DNA from: Syntrophales bacterium
GTDB lineage: Bacteria > Desulfobacterota > Syntrophia > Syntrophales > UBA5619
Assembly: GCA_034677965.1 (NCBI GenBank)
Contig: JAXDCM010000043.1
Coordinates: 58,440 to 122,439, forward strand
Length of the DNA: 64,000 nucleotides
Direction of reading: 5' to 3'
Part shown: positions 44,362 through 54,491 of the stretch, piece by piece
How the letters are laid out: every line of letters begins with the position of its first letter
Numbering within the stretch: the stretch's first letter is position 1
Notes under the pieces: generated by a model
Databases searched by the model: none
Seen by the model: the letters and a program-made list of their open reading frames with translations, nothing else
What the model was told of the DNA's origin: nothing
Program-made: the position numbers and the translations under genes

Positions 44362-45672
44362 CTATTTGGCAATCATCCGTCCCGGAAGGTAGAGGGCAAT
44401 CTCCGGGAAAACCGTCAACAGGGCCGTCGCCAGCAGCATGATCAGGAAGAACGGAAATGCCGCCCTGGCGACCGTCGTGATGTCGTCGTTGTTAAGCCCG
44501 CTGATCACAAACAGGTTGAAGCCTACGGGGGGCGTGATCTGCGCCATCTCGATCATCAAAACCAGATAGATTCCGAACCATACCGTGTCGAATTTGGCCG
44601 CCTCGATCAGCGGCAACACAATCGGCGCGGTCATGACGATCATCGAAAATCCGTCGACGAGGCAACCGAGGATCAGATAGAGAACCGTCAGGATCACAAT
44701 GAGTAAATAAGGGGAAAGGCCCATCTCACTGACGGCCTTCGTCAGCGCCCGGGTGATTCCAAGGTAACCGATCACGTTCGATAGATACGCGGCGCCCATG
44801 ACAATCAGCATAATCATGCAGCTGGTGCGGACGGACCCCAGCAGACTCACCTTGAAAACGTCCCAGGTGAGGCTCCTGGTGATCGCTGCAAAGAACAATG
44901 CGCCCACGACGCCAAGCGCCCCAGCTTCGGTGGGTGTCGCCACACCCATGTATATGCTGCCCAGTACGAAGAGGATCAGAATGAAGACGGGCGCGATGGC
45001 GGGAAGGGCCCTGAATCGGTCCTTCCAGCTGTAACGCTCCGCGCCTCTGGGAGCGAGTTCGGGAGAGATCAGACAGCGCAGCAGGATATAGCCGCTGAAC
45101 ATAAAGGCCATCATGAAGCCGGGAATGAATCCCGCGATGAAGAGTTTGCCGATGCTCACGTCGCCGATGATCCCGTAAACCAGCATCATCATGCTCGGCG
45201 GAATCATGAATCCCAGCGTGCCGGCGCCGGCCAGCGATCCGATGGCCAGATGATGATCATACCCCCTTTTCTTGAATTCCGGCACGGTGATTTTCCCCAC
45301 GGTCGCTGTCGTCGCGGCGGAGGAGCCGCTGACGGCGGCAAAGAACGTACAGGCGGCGATATTCACATGTACGAGCCGTCCGGGGATGGAATCCATCCAA
45401 GGGGAAAGACCCTTGAACAGGCTCTCCGAAATCCTGCTCCGGAAGAGAATCTCTCCCATCCAGATGAAGAACGGCAACGCCATCATGGCCGATCCGCTTG
45501 TGTTGTTCCAGGCGATGTTCGCCAACAGCGAGCCGTAGGAGATATCGGTAAAAATGAAGAAGCCGCCCATGCCGACGATAAACAGGGCGATGCCGATCCA
45601 GATCGAACCTCCCAAAAACAGGATCAGCAGTCCGAGGATCACCGCCGAAACCGGTCCCAGATCAACACTCAT
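44362..45672 (-). CDS. TRAP transporter large permease (DctM family)
   Basis: 436-aa polytopic membrane ORF immediately after the small permease. Confidence 0.9.
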   Translation of the reverse strand: MSVDLGPVSAVILGLLILFLGGSIWIGIALFIVGMGGFFIFTDISYGSLLANIAWNNTSGSAMMALPFFIWMGEILFRSRISESLFKGLSPWMDSIPGRLVHVNIAACTFFAAVSGSSAATTATVGKITVPEFKKRGYDHHLAIGSLAGAGTLGFMIPPSMMMLVYGIIGDVSIGKLFIAGFIPGFMMAFMFSGYILLRCLISPELAPRGAERYSWKDRFRALPAIAPVFILILFVLGSIYMGVATPTEAGALGVVGALFFAAITRSLTWDVFKVSLLGSVRTSCMIMLIVMGAAYLSNVIGYLGITRALTKAVSEMGLSPYLLIVILTVLYLILGCLVDGFSMIVMTAPIVLPLIEAAKFDTVWFGIYLVLMIEMAQITPPVGFNLFVISGLNNDDITTVARAAFPFFLIMLLATALLTVFPEIALYLPGRMIAK

Positions 45673-45717
45673 TTCCCCTCTCCGCTGAATGACAGGCAGG
45701 CCGCAGGAATGGGTCCG

Positions 45718-46254
45718 CTACCGCCCCAGTTCATCGGTTTCCTCCAGAATCCGAAGCCCCTGCGTGTCTTGCTTCAGGAGGGCAAAACCCTTGAGAAATT
45801 CGGACAGAAACTGGAGCAGCAGAAAGACGGATCCGACGGGCATGAAGGCCTGTGGAATCGCCAGATAGGTCTCCGTGATCTGCATGGACTGAGTTCGGTT
45901 GACCACCGAGTCCCAGAAGAATTCGCCGGTGAACAGAATCAGGCCGATGCAAAACACGAACCCGATAAACATGCAGACCATATTGAAGAGCACCCTGCGC
46001 CGACCCTTCAGGAAATGGATAAGGAACATCATCCGGATATGCCCCCGTTCTCGCAGCGTATAGGCCAGGCCGAGAAAAGTGAGCATCGCCATGAGATATC
46101 CCGAATACTCGTCGGCGATATACAGCGTCTTGCCGAAAACGTACCGCGTGACGATTTCCGACACGCCGATCAGCAGTGCGGCGACCATCAGGACCCCCGC
46201 CGACCAGCCGCCGAAACCGGAAATCCGGTCGATGGCATTGATGACAGTTTTCAT
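45718..46254 (-). CDS. TRAP transporter small permease (DctQ family)
   Basis: 178 aa from ATG 46254 (GGAG SD 8 nt upstream), 4 TM segments. Confidence 0.85.
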   Translation of the reverse strand: MKTVINAIDRISGFGGWSAGVLMVAALLIGVSEIVTRYVFGKTLYIADEYSGYLMAMLTFLGLAYTLRERGHIRMMFLIHFLKGRRRVLFNMVCMFIGFVFCIGLILFTGEFFWDSVVNRTQSMQITETYLAIPQAFMPVGSVFLLLQFLSEFLKGFALLKQDTQGLRILEETDELGR

Positions 46255-46399
46255 TTCGGTTTCTCCGGAAAGCTTCACAAGGAACGCGCCGACGCGGACC
46301 CAATTCCGGTCGGACGGAATCCGACGGAAGAAAGCCCGGGATCCCGGAAGCGTATCGTCCGGGATCCCTGCGCCAAACGAACAGGTTCAGAAAAAGCTG

Positions 46400-47392
46400 T
46401 TACCGTTTCACTTTTTTCAGGAATTCGTCGTAGATCTTCTTGCCGTCCGCGGGCGCCGACTTCAGCCATTCGGCACGAATCTTCTCCGTGATCTTCTCAA
46501 GCTCGCCGATCACCTTCGTGGACGGTTTGACGGTTTCGATGCCGTTCTTGTTGCTGATGGCTTCCTGCTCCTTGTCCCATTTCTTCACGTTGGCCCACAT
46601 CGTCTCTTCCATTTCCTTACCGATCTTCACAAGGGCGTCCTGCTGGGCTTTGGGGAGTTTCTGGAAAGCCTTCAGGTTGACCGTCACCATGTCGGTGGCG
46701 GCGGTGATGAACAACGGCTCGTAATATTTCAGCACTTCCCAAAATTTTCCGTCCACGGCGGTGGGTGACGAGGTCATGACGGAATCAATCAAACCTGTCT
46801 GCAGCGACGTGTACACCTCGCTGAAGGGGAGGGCAAAAGGCGTTGCCCCGACGGCCTCCATGACCAGGGCGCCGTTCTTGTCATAGGTCCTTGTCTTGAG
46901 ACCTTTCATTTCTTCAAGGGTGGTGATCTTGTTTTTCGTCCAGAGTCCGGCTCCCGGCCAGGGGGCGATGTAGAGAATTTTCTGGCCCCATTTCTGGGCG
47001 CTCTTGTCGAAATACGGATAGGCAATTTCGATCAGCAGGCGCAGTTCGTCAAAATCCCGGACCAAAAAAGGAAGTGTCACGATCTGGAAGATCTTCTCGT
47101 CTCCGGCCACACCGCTGATCAGCATATCGGAGACAGGAACGAGACCGTCGCGGACGGCCTTGAGGAGATCCGGTCCCTTAAACCCGAGCGCGCCGCCCGT
47201 ATGGACGACCATTTCGAGTTCGCCGTTGGTGGCCTTCTTCACCTTTTCGGCAAAGTCGGTGAGACCCACGCTGTGAAGATTCTTGGGAGGCCAAACGGAG
47301 TTGGCATTCCAGTTTGTCTTGGCCAGGACGGGCGGAACGGTCACCGTCACCAGAAAAACGACAACCAACAGCATACGGACAAAATTTCTCAT
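46400..47392 (-). CDS. TRAP transporter substrate-binding protein (DctP family)
   Basis: 330 aa from ATG 47392 (GGAGG SD 8 nt upstream). Signal peptide ...PPVLA/KT. Confidence 0.88.
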   Translation of the reverse strand: MRNFVRMLLVVVFLVTVTVPPVLAKTNWNANSVWPPKNLHSVGLTDFAEKVKKATNGELEMVVHTGGALGFKGPDLLKAVRDGLVPVSDMLISGVAGDEKIFQIVTLPFLVRDFDELRLLIEIAYPYFDKSAQKWGQKILYIAPWPGAGLWTKNKITTLEEMKGLKTRTYDKNGALVMEAVGATPFALPFSEVYTSLQTGLIDSVMTSSPTAVDGKFWEVLKYYEPLFITAATDMVTVNLKAFQKLPKAQQDALVKIGKEMEETMWANVKKWDKEQEAISNKNGIETVKPSTKVIGELEKITEKIRAEWLKSAPADGKKIYDEFLKKVKR

Positions 47393-47456
47393 GCGCACTC
47401 CCTCCTATTCCAAAAGTTAATACTGCCTTCCCGATCGATGTTCAGCTTCCGTGGAG

Positions 47457-47485
47457 CGTATATTACAATGAATCTGCATTGTCAA
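47457..47485 (-). promoter_or_regulatory. Putative sigma-70 promoter of the TRAP-pxp operon with embedded inverted repeat
   Basis: The reverse strand reads TTGACA (47480-85), 17 nt, TATACG (47457-62). The inverted repeat ACAATG-N6-CATTGT (47465-82) lies across the -35/spacer. Confidence 0.45.
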
Positions 47486-47566
47486 TCTTCCGTAATCCTC
47501 GGATCGAGACAGGACGAACAGCATCGAGGGCTTCCCACGTTCGGGCGAGTAAACCGGCTCCGGCAG

Positions 47567-49525
47567 TCATCTCCTGGCTCGCCGCCGCGTCAACCGGATC
47601 ATCCACCGAAGGAATAGCGCCAGGAGAATCAGCACGATCACCGCCACCGAAAGGACACACCAAGTGATCCAGCCCGCGCCGCGGAGCAGATTCACGGGGT
47701 TCCAGGATGGTTGCGCGCTGCTTCGCCCCTCCGGGGAACGGTAGGATTCCGGAATATCGGGGATCCCGTTCCCGTTCCGGTCGGGGAAAGAGGACAGGTA
47801 CCGGGCCAGGGCAACCCACTCCTTCAATTCCTGGGTTCCGGCGGTCAGGGCTTCGTCGTCGATACGCACGGTGTTCCAGTCGACAACCGGATTCCCGCCG
47901 GCGTCCTTGGGGGCAAAGCGGATCAAACCGTGCGAGGCCTTGCGGACGAAACCGAGCATCTTTGCCGCGTAGGCGTTGACGCAGATACGGTAGATCTTGT
48001 CCGCAACCAGGGGGTGATAGGTGCCGTCCTCCTCTTGTGCATCGACGGAGAGGATCCTGTCGAATGGGACCCGGCAGGGGTTGTAGGTGAACCGGAGGCC
48101 GGAAACCTGGAACTGGGCGTCGTGCTTCATCGGCGCAATTGAGGTCTGCACCTCCAGAAGGCTTCGGACCTCCGCACCGTTCAGATACAGCGCAAGCAGC
48201 GGATAACCGGCCCGATCGTCCATCCCCAGTCCAAGGGCAAGGATCTTGAAGACATCCGCCACGGCGATTTTCCCGGCAAGAAAGGTGTCGCGGATGATGC
48301 CGTCGAAGGTCACCGCGATGTGAACATGCCGGTAATCTTTCCCCTCGGCCCGGCGGACGGCGAACCGGTACGCGTCGGCGATCAGATTGCCCAGTCCCGT
48401 TTCCGCCAGCTTCGTCCGGCCATAGGCCGACGAAGGAAAATCGAATGAAGATTCGGCGATCACCTCATCATAACTGTTTCCGGTGGCGGCCAGATAGCGT
48501 CGATTGAGGATTCCCTTGTACTTTTCAATTTCCCCGGCGATGCCCGGATCCTCGGGCAGATCGGAGGAAATCTTTTCCAGGCGATAGGCGGCAACGCGGG
48601 CTCCCTCATCCCGCGACCAGTCCAGATCCAGCGCACCGAGGTAAGCGCCGAAGCATCCGGCCGAAACGATGATGGTTTTCCCGACGAGAATCGGTTCAGG
48701 CAGGACGGTATGGGTGTGACCGCTGATGATGACGTCGATTCCGGGGACCTCACGGGCCAGGATCTCATCCTCGGAGCGGGATTTCACGGGATGGGTCCCG
48801 ACATGGGAAAGCAAAAGGATCAGATCGACCTTTTCCCGGTTCCGCAGCAGGTCCACGACGGCGCGGCTGCGCTCCGTGATATTGGCGAAGGTGACGGGCA
48901 CGGAATAGGGGCAATCCTCCGCGGCGTCGTGCCCCATCAGGCCGAACAGGCCGATCCGGAGACCGTTCCGCTCCAGGACGGTGTATTCCAAGACCGGGAA
49001 TTCCCGGAAGGCGGCCTTTAGCGGGGCGTCCCAAGGATTGTCCGCTGTGAAGACCACGTTGGAGGCCACCAATACCGGCAGCCTTTCGCCGCGGGCGCGG
49101 GCCGATCGGAGCATGGCGGCCAGACCGGCGGGCAGAAACTCATAGTCGTGGTTCCCCAGAGTCGCCGCGTCGTAGCCCATTTTCCCCATCAGCCGGAGCT
49201 CCGAGGCCTCCTCGCGAAAGTCCGTGTGGAACAGCGTTCCCATTGCAATGTCTCCCCCGTCCACCAGCAGGGTCCTCTCCGGGGCTTTCGCCCGCTCCTG
49301 TTCGATCCGGTGCGCCAGCCGGGCGTAGCCTCCCTGCGTCTCATGTCCTCCCCCGGGCCTGGGGATCCGGTCGGGAAGAAAATGGGAGTGGAGATCGTGG
49401 GTAAACAGGACCTTCAGGCTTTTGCGGCCATTCGATGGAAGGTCCGCCGCCGCGGAAACCATCGGCAGGAAAACGAAAAAGAATATCCAGACGGCCGGAC
49501 CGATCCACAGACATCGACGTTTCAT
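47567..49525 (-). CDS. Bifunctional metallophosphatase/5'-nucleotidase with C-terminal membrane anchor
   Basis: 652-aa ORF with signal peptide, THDLHS, GGD, GNHDYEF, GHTH, 5'-nucleotidase C-domain, terminal TM helix and RRRARR. Confidence 0.88.
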   Translation of the reverse strand: MKRRCLWIGPAVWIFFFVFLPMVSAAADLPSNGRKSLKVLFTHDLHSHFLPDRIPRPGGGHETQGGYARLAHRIEQERAKAPERTLLVDGGDIAMGTLFHTDFREEASELRLMGKMGYDAATLGNHDYEFLPAGLAAMLRSARARGERLPVLVASNVVFTADNPWDAPLKAAFREFPVLEYTVLERNGLRIGLFGLMGHDAAEDCPYSVPVTFANITERSRAVVDLLRNREKVDLILLLSHVGTHPVKSRSEDEILAREVPGIDVIISGHTHTVLPEPILVGKTIIVSAGCFGAYLGALDLDWSRDEGARVAAYRLEKISSDLPEDPGIAGEIEKYKGILNRRYLAATGNSYDEVIAESSFDFPSSAYGRTKLAETGLGNLIADAYRFAVRRAEGKDYRHVHIAVTFDGIIRDTFLAGKIAVADVFKILALGLGMDDRAGYPLLALYLNGAEVRSLLEVQTSIAPMKHDAQFQVSGLRFTYNPCRVPFDRILSVDAQEEDGTYHPLVADKIYRICVNAYAAKMLGFVRKASHGLIRFAPKDAGGNPVVDWNTVRIDDEALTAGTQELKEWVALARYLSSFPDRNGNGIPDIPESYRSPEGRSSAQPSWNPVNLLRGAGWITWCVLSVAVIVLILLALFLRWMIRLTRRRARR

Positions 49526-49690
49526 CGCATTTTCCTCCCCGGTTCGAGCGAGCCATTTGAGACGAAGCGATGCTAACAGCAGAAGGCGGTAAAGTCAAAG
49601 AGGTGCTCTCGATCGCTCGGCCACACTTTTCATCGCAATCAGGATTGCTGTTTCAAGTGTGTCGATTGATGTTGTTTGCTGTCGTTTTGA

Positions 49691-49719
49691 TTGACAGGTA
49701 TCGGCCCCTCCTCTATACT
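49691..49719 (+). promoter_or_regulatory. Near-consensus sigma-70 promoter
   Basis: TTGACA (49691-96), exactly 17 nt, then TATACT (49714-19), about 50 nt upstream of ATG 49769. Confidence 0.6.
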
Positions 49720-49768
49720 GCGACCATCCGAGCATTTTGCATGACGGGGTAAACAGGGGAATGGAAAC

Positions 49769-50740
49769 ATGAGACCGATTAGAGGCATACTGGGCTTTCT
49801 TCTCGTGGTCACGCTGCTGGTTGGGACGGCGACGGCATCGACATCGAGCGACAAGAGATTGATCAAGATCGGCAGTGACATCACGGTCGAGAAGGGGGAT
49901 AAGATCCGCAGCGTGTGGACCCTCGGCGGCCAAATTACGGTTCACGGGACCGTCGAGAAAAGTGCCGTGGCTGTCGGGGGATCGGTGGTCCTGACGAAAA
50001 CGGCCGTCGTCAAAGGAAACGTCGTCTCACTGGGCGGGGTCATCGTGATGTCTAAAGACGCAGAGGTCGGGGGCGATCTGACGGAAATCAATTCCTCCAA
50101 CATTTACGAGACCATGGCCAATGCGGTGAGCAAAGAGTGGGACGGCTGGTCATGGGTCTTCGCCATCATCTCTCTCTCCATCTTTTTTGCGATCATGGTC
50201 CTGGCTTTGCTGATCGCCGCGTTGTTGCCGAAACCCGTCCTTGTGGTATCGGAGGCCATCCGGGAAAACACTTTCAAGGTCATCCTCTGCGGCATCCTGG
50301 GGCTGGTTCTCATCGCCCCGCTGGCGCTTCTGCTGACGATTTCAGTCGTGGGCATTGCGCTGATCCCGTTGGAGATTATCATTGTTATCTGCTCGGTTCT
50401 TCTCGGTTTCATCGCCGTCGGCCAGATGATCGGCACCAAGACTCTCCGCCTGTTGAAACGGCCCCATCCCGGTATCGTCTCGGAAACCTTCTGGGGGTTA
50501 ATCATCCTCTGGCTGATCGGCTGGTTGCCTTATATAGGCTGGATGGTCAAGGCCCTCGCCATCGTGATCGGTCTGGGCGCTGTTCTGGTCAGCCGTTTCG
50601 GGACTTACCAAGGTTGGAAATGCCCGCCGCCGCTTTCCGGCACGGACAGGACAGGCGGTCTCACTCGCTCACCGGCGCCGCCGGCGCCCCCGCCTGTCTC
50701 TTCGGACAGCCGCCCGACCGGCGCGGAATCAATGCAATGA
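49769..50740 (+). CDS. Membrane protein with N-terminal bactofilin-like (beta-helical repeat) exported domain
   Basis: 323-aa ORF with GGGGA SD and a signal peptide. V/G-rich ~18-aa repeats (GGQITVHGTVEKSAVAVGGSVVLTKTAVVKGNVVSLGGVIVM), then about 4-5 TM helices and a Pro-rich tail. Confidence 0.7.
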   Translation: MRPIRGILGFLLVVTLLVGTATASTSSDKRLIKIGSDITVEKGDKIRSVWTLGGQITVHGTVEKSAVAVGGSVVLTKTAVVKGNVVSLGGVIVMSKDAEVGGDLTEINSSNIYETMANAVSKEWDGWSWVFAIISLSIFFAIMVLALLIAALLPKPVLVVSEAIRENTFKVILCGILGLVLIAPLALLLTISVVGIALIPLEIIIVICSVLLGFIAVGQMIGTKTLRLLKRPHPGIVSETFWGLIILWLIGWLPYIGWMVKALAIVIGLGAVLVSRFGTYQGWKCPPPLSGTDRTGGLTRSPAPPAPPPVSSDSRPTGAESMQ

Positions 50741-50743
50741 TTC

Positions 50744-50778
50744 AAAAAGGCCTCCCCAAATCATGGGAAGGCCTTTTA
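50744..50778. terminator. Bidirectional rho-independent terminator
   Basis: AAAAAGGCCTCCCC-aaatcat-GGGAAGGCCTTTT: a 10-bp stem with one mismatch, an A-run on one side and a T-run on the other. It lies between convergent stops at 50740 and 50802. Confidence 0.75.
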
Positions 50779-50801
50779 CGTTGATGTTTTGATTCCGACC
50801 G

Positions 50802-51773
<972 letters not shown>

Positions 51774-52074
51774 AAACCCTCACCGCCCGGTTCACATCCG
51801 AAAGGACGGCGGGATGATCCGATACAAACCATGAAAGACGTTGCCAGGTGCATCCCCGGGACGTCCCGCAAACTCACCTTTGAACCAACCGGAAAGCTTT
51901 TTGATTGAAAATAAAATTGAGGTATTATATAAGCTCCGGTGCCAAAAAGAAGTAACACAAGCACCTCATGATCGCAAGGAAAATTTCGCCGATGGGCCAT
52001 ATGATGAACCATATCAGGAAGACCCATAAACCAATGCAGGTCCGCATCATGACATACGGGAGGGAGCCATAAAT

Positions 52075-53427
52075 ATGGGCAAATTGTTCGGTACCGACGG
52101 GGTTCGAGGGGTGGCCAATGAATATCCGATGACGTCGGAAATGGCGATGAACATCGGACGGGCCACGGCCCACCTCTTTAAACAGAAGGGGCATGCACCC
52201 AAAATCATCATCGGCAAGGATACCCGTCTTTCCGGATACATGCTTGAAAATGCCCTGGTTTCCGGGATCTGCTCGATGGGGGTGAACGCGATTCTGGTCG
52301 GGGTGATCCCCACGCCGGGAATAGCCTATCTTACCGGAAGCATGCGGGCGGACGCGGGCATCGTCATCTCCGCCTCCCACAACCCCTTTCAGGACAACGG
52401 CATCAAGATCTTCGGAGGCGAGGGATTCAAGCTCCCCGACGACACGGAGGCCGCCATCGAAGATCTGATCTTCGCAAACAACCTCCATGCCCTCCATCCC
52501 TCTCCCACAGAGTTGGGAAAGGCTTACCGCATGGAAGACGCACGCGGCCGTTACATCGTTTTCCTGAAACACACCTTCCCCCGTAAATTCACACTGGAAG
52601 GGACAAAGATTGTTCTGGACTGTTCCCATGGCGCCACCTACCGGGTCGCCCCGGAAACATTTTTCGAGCTGGGCGCGGATGTGTTCACGCTCTTCAACGA
52701 ACCCAATGGGAAAAACATCAATCTGCATTGCGGTTCCCAGCATCCGGACGCCCTGGCGGAAGAGGTTCTAAAGACCAAGGCGGATGTCGGCTTCGCCTTC
52801 GACGGCGACGGAGACCGCCTGATCGCCGTGGACGAGACGGGAACAGTCCTGACCGGGGACCAGGTCCTGGCGATCTGCGCCGGCGTTCTGAAGAAGGAGG
52901 GCAAACTCTCGAACAACCTTGTCGTCCGGACAGTGATGAGCAACATCGGACTCAGTGTCACGCTGGAGTCGCTCCAGATCGATTCCATCATGACGAAAGT
53001 CGGGGACCGCTACGTCCTCGAGGAGATGCAGGCCCGCGGGGCGGCTCTGGGTGGCGAGGATTCCGGGCACCTGATCTTCCTACAGCACCACACGACGGGA
53101 GACGGGATCATCACGGCGCTCCAAGTGGCGGCGGCCATGAAGAAGGAGCAGAAACCGCTCTCCGAACTGGCAAAAATCATGAAGGTCTTTCCGCAGGTAC
53201 TGATTAACGTCACCGTCCAATCGCGCCCAGAAATCGAGACGGTGCCGGCGATTACATCGGTCATCCACGATGTGGAGTCGAAGCTGGGGAACCGGGGCCG
53301 GGTGCTCGTCCGATACTCGGGAACTCAAAACATGTGCCGGGTGATGGTGGAGGGTCCGTCGCAGGAGGAAACCGGAAGCTATTGCCGGAAAATCGCGGAC
53401 GTTGTGGAAAGGCAGTTGAACGCCTGA
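52075..53427 (+). CDS. glmM: Phosphoglucosamine mutase
   Basis: 450-aa ORF with GGGAGGGA SD. MGKLFGTDGVRG, phosphoserine loop SASHNP. Confidence 0.96.
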   Translation: MGKLFGTDGVRGVANEYPMTSEMAMNIGRATAHLFKQKGHAPKIIIGKDTRLSGYMLENALVSGICSMGVNAILVGVIPTPGIAYLTGSMRADAGIVISASHNPFQDNGIKIFGGEGFKLPDDTEAAIEDLIFANNLHALHPSPTELGKAYRMEDARGRYIVFLKHTFPRKFTLEGTKIVLDCSHGATYRVAPETFFELGADVFTLFNEPNGKNINLHCGSQHPDALAEEVLKTKADVGFAFDGDGDRLIAVDETGTVLTGDQVLAICAGVLKKEGKLSNNLVVRTVMSNIGLSVTLESLQIDSIMTKVGDRYVLEEMQARGAALGGEDSGHLIFLQHHTTGDGIITALQVAAAMKKEQKPLSELAKIMKVFPQVLINVTVQSRPEIETVPAITSVIHDVESKLGNRGRVLVRYSGTQNMCRVMVEGPSQEETGSYCRKIADVVERQLNA

Positions 53428-53444
53428 TCCGGGAGGAAAGCAAG

Positions 53445-54473
53445 ATGCCCTTAAAAGTCATCGTCACCCGGGACTTCGCACAGATGAGCGAAGTCTCCGC
53501 GCGAATCGTCACGGAAAGCATCACCGCGGGTCTGAAACAGAAGGATGAATTCACGCTGGGGCTGGCCACGGGCAGCAGTCCGACCGGACTTTATAAGCAC
53601 CTCGCCGCGGAAGCCAATGCCGGGACTTTCGACCCTTCAAAGATCCGTAGTTTCAATCTCGACGAATATGTCGGCCTCCCCGGGGAAAATCCTCAGCAGC
53701 GCGTCCTCCACCCGGAGAGTTACAGCTTATTCATGATACAGGAACTTTTCGGTCTGCTGCGGAAAAAATTCCGGGAGACGAATGTTCCCTGGGGCACGCT
53801 CATCGATCAGGAGAAATTGATCTCAGAGATGAACGCCCACCCCGCGGACTGGCGGGAACAAGGAACCCACAACGGAAAGTCGATCGTGATCCGGCGCGAC
53901 GCGCGATCGGAATACCTCCGCTGGATCCGTACGGACATCCTGGATGCCTACGGAGACAAGATCGAGCGGACCGGCGGAATCGGCCTTCAGGTGATCGGGG
54001 TGGGCGGCCGGGGCCATGTCGCGTTCCACGAGTCGGGGATTCCATTTGCCGGAAGCCGGATGCTTCTGGTGCGTCTCGATGACAACACCGTGGCGAACGC
54101 GGTTGTCGACGGCCATTTCGCAAGCATGGAAGAGAGCCCCCGATATGCCGTTTCGATGGGCGTCGAGCTGGTTTACCGGGCAAATACCGTGGTTCTGCTC
54201 GCAAGCGGTCCGAGAAAAACCGATCCGGTCACCGAATCTCTTGTCGGAAATCCCGGCCCCGCTCTGCCCATATCCTACGGAAAGGTCTATGCGCAAAAAG
54301 GCGGACGCCTCTTCTATGTTTTGGACCGGGAGGCGGGGAAAAAGATCCTGGAGCAGGCGGAGCGGATTCGCCGGCAGGGGATCGAGATCGAGGACGTGAG
54401 CGGACCCACGGCCGTTCAGCGGGTTCTCGACCTGCCGTTCTTCCGCGATCCCGAAATCGCCCCGCGGGGCTGA
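53445..54473 (+). CDS. nagB: Glucosamine-6-phosphate deaminase-like protein (NagB/6-phosphogluconolactonase superfamily) with internal insertion
   Basis: 342 aa from ATG 53445. LGLATGSSP, NLDEYVGL, GVGGRGHVAFHESG. Confidence 0.75.
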   Translation: MPLKVIVTRDFAQMSEVSARIVTESITAGLKQKDEFTLGLATGSSPTGLYKHLAAEANAGTFDPSKIRSFNLDEYVGLPGENPQQRVLHPESYSLFMIQELFGLLRKKFRETNVPWGTLIDQEKLISEMNAHPADWREQGTHNGKSIVIRRDARSEYLRWIRTDILDAYGDKIERTGGIGLQVIGVGGRGHVAFHESGIPFAGSRMLLVRLDDNTVANAVVDGHFASMEESPRYAVSMGVELVYRANTVVLLASGPRKTDPVTESLVGNPGPALPISYGKVYAQKGGRLFYVLDREAGKKILEQAERIRRQGIEIEDVSGPTAVQRVLDLPFFRDPEIAPRG

Positions 54474-54491
54474 AGAAGCCCCTTCGGATGA

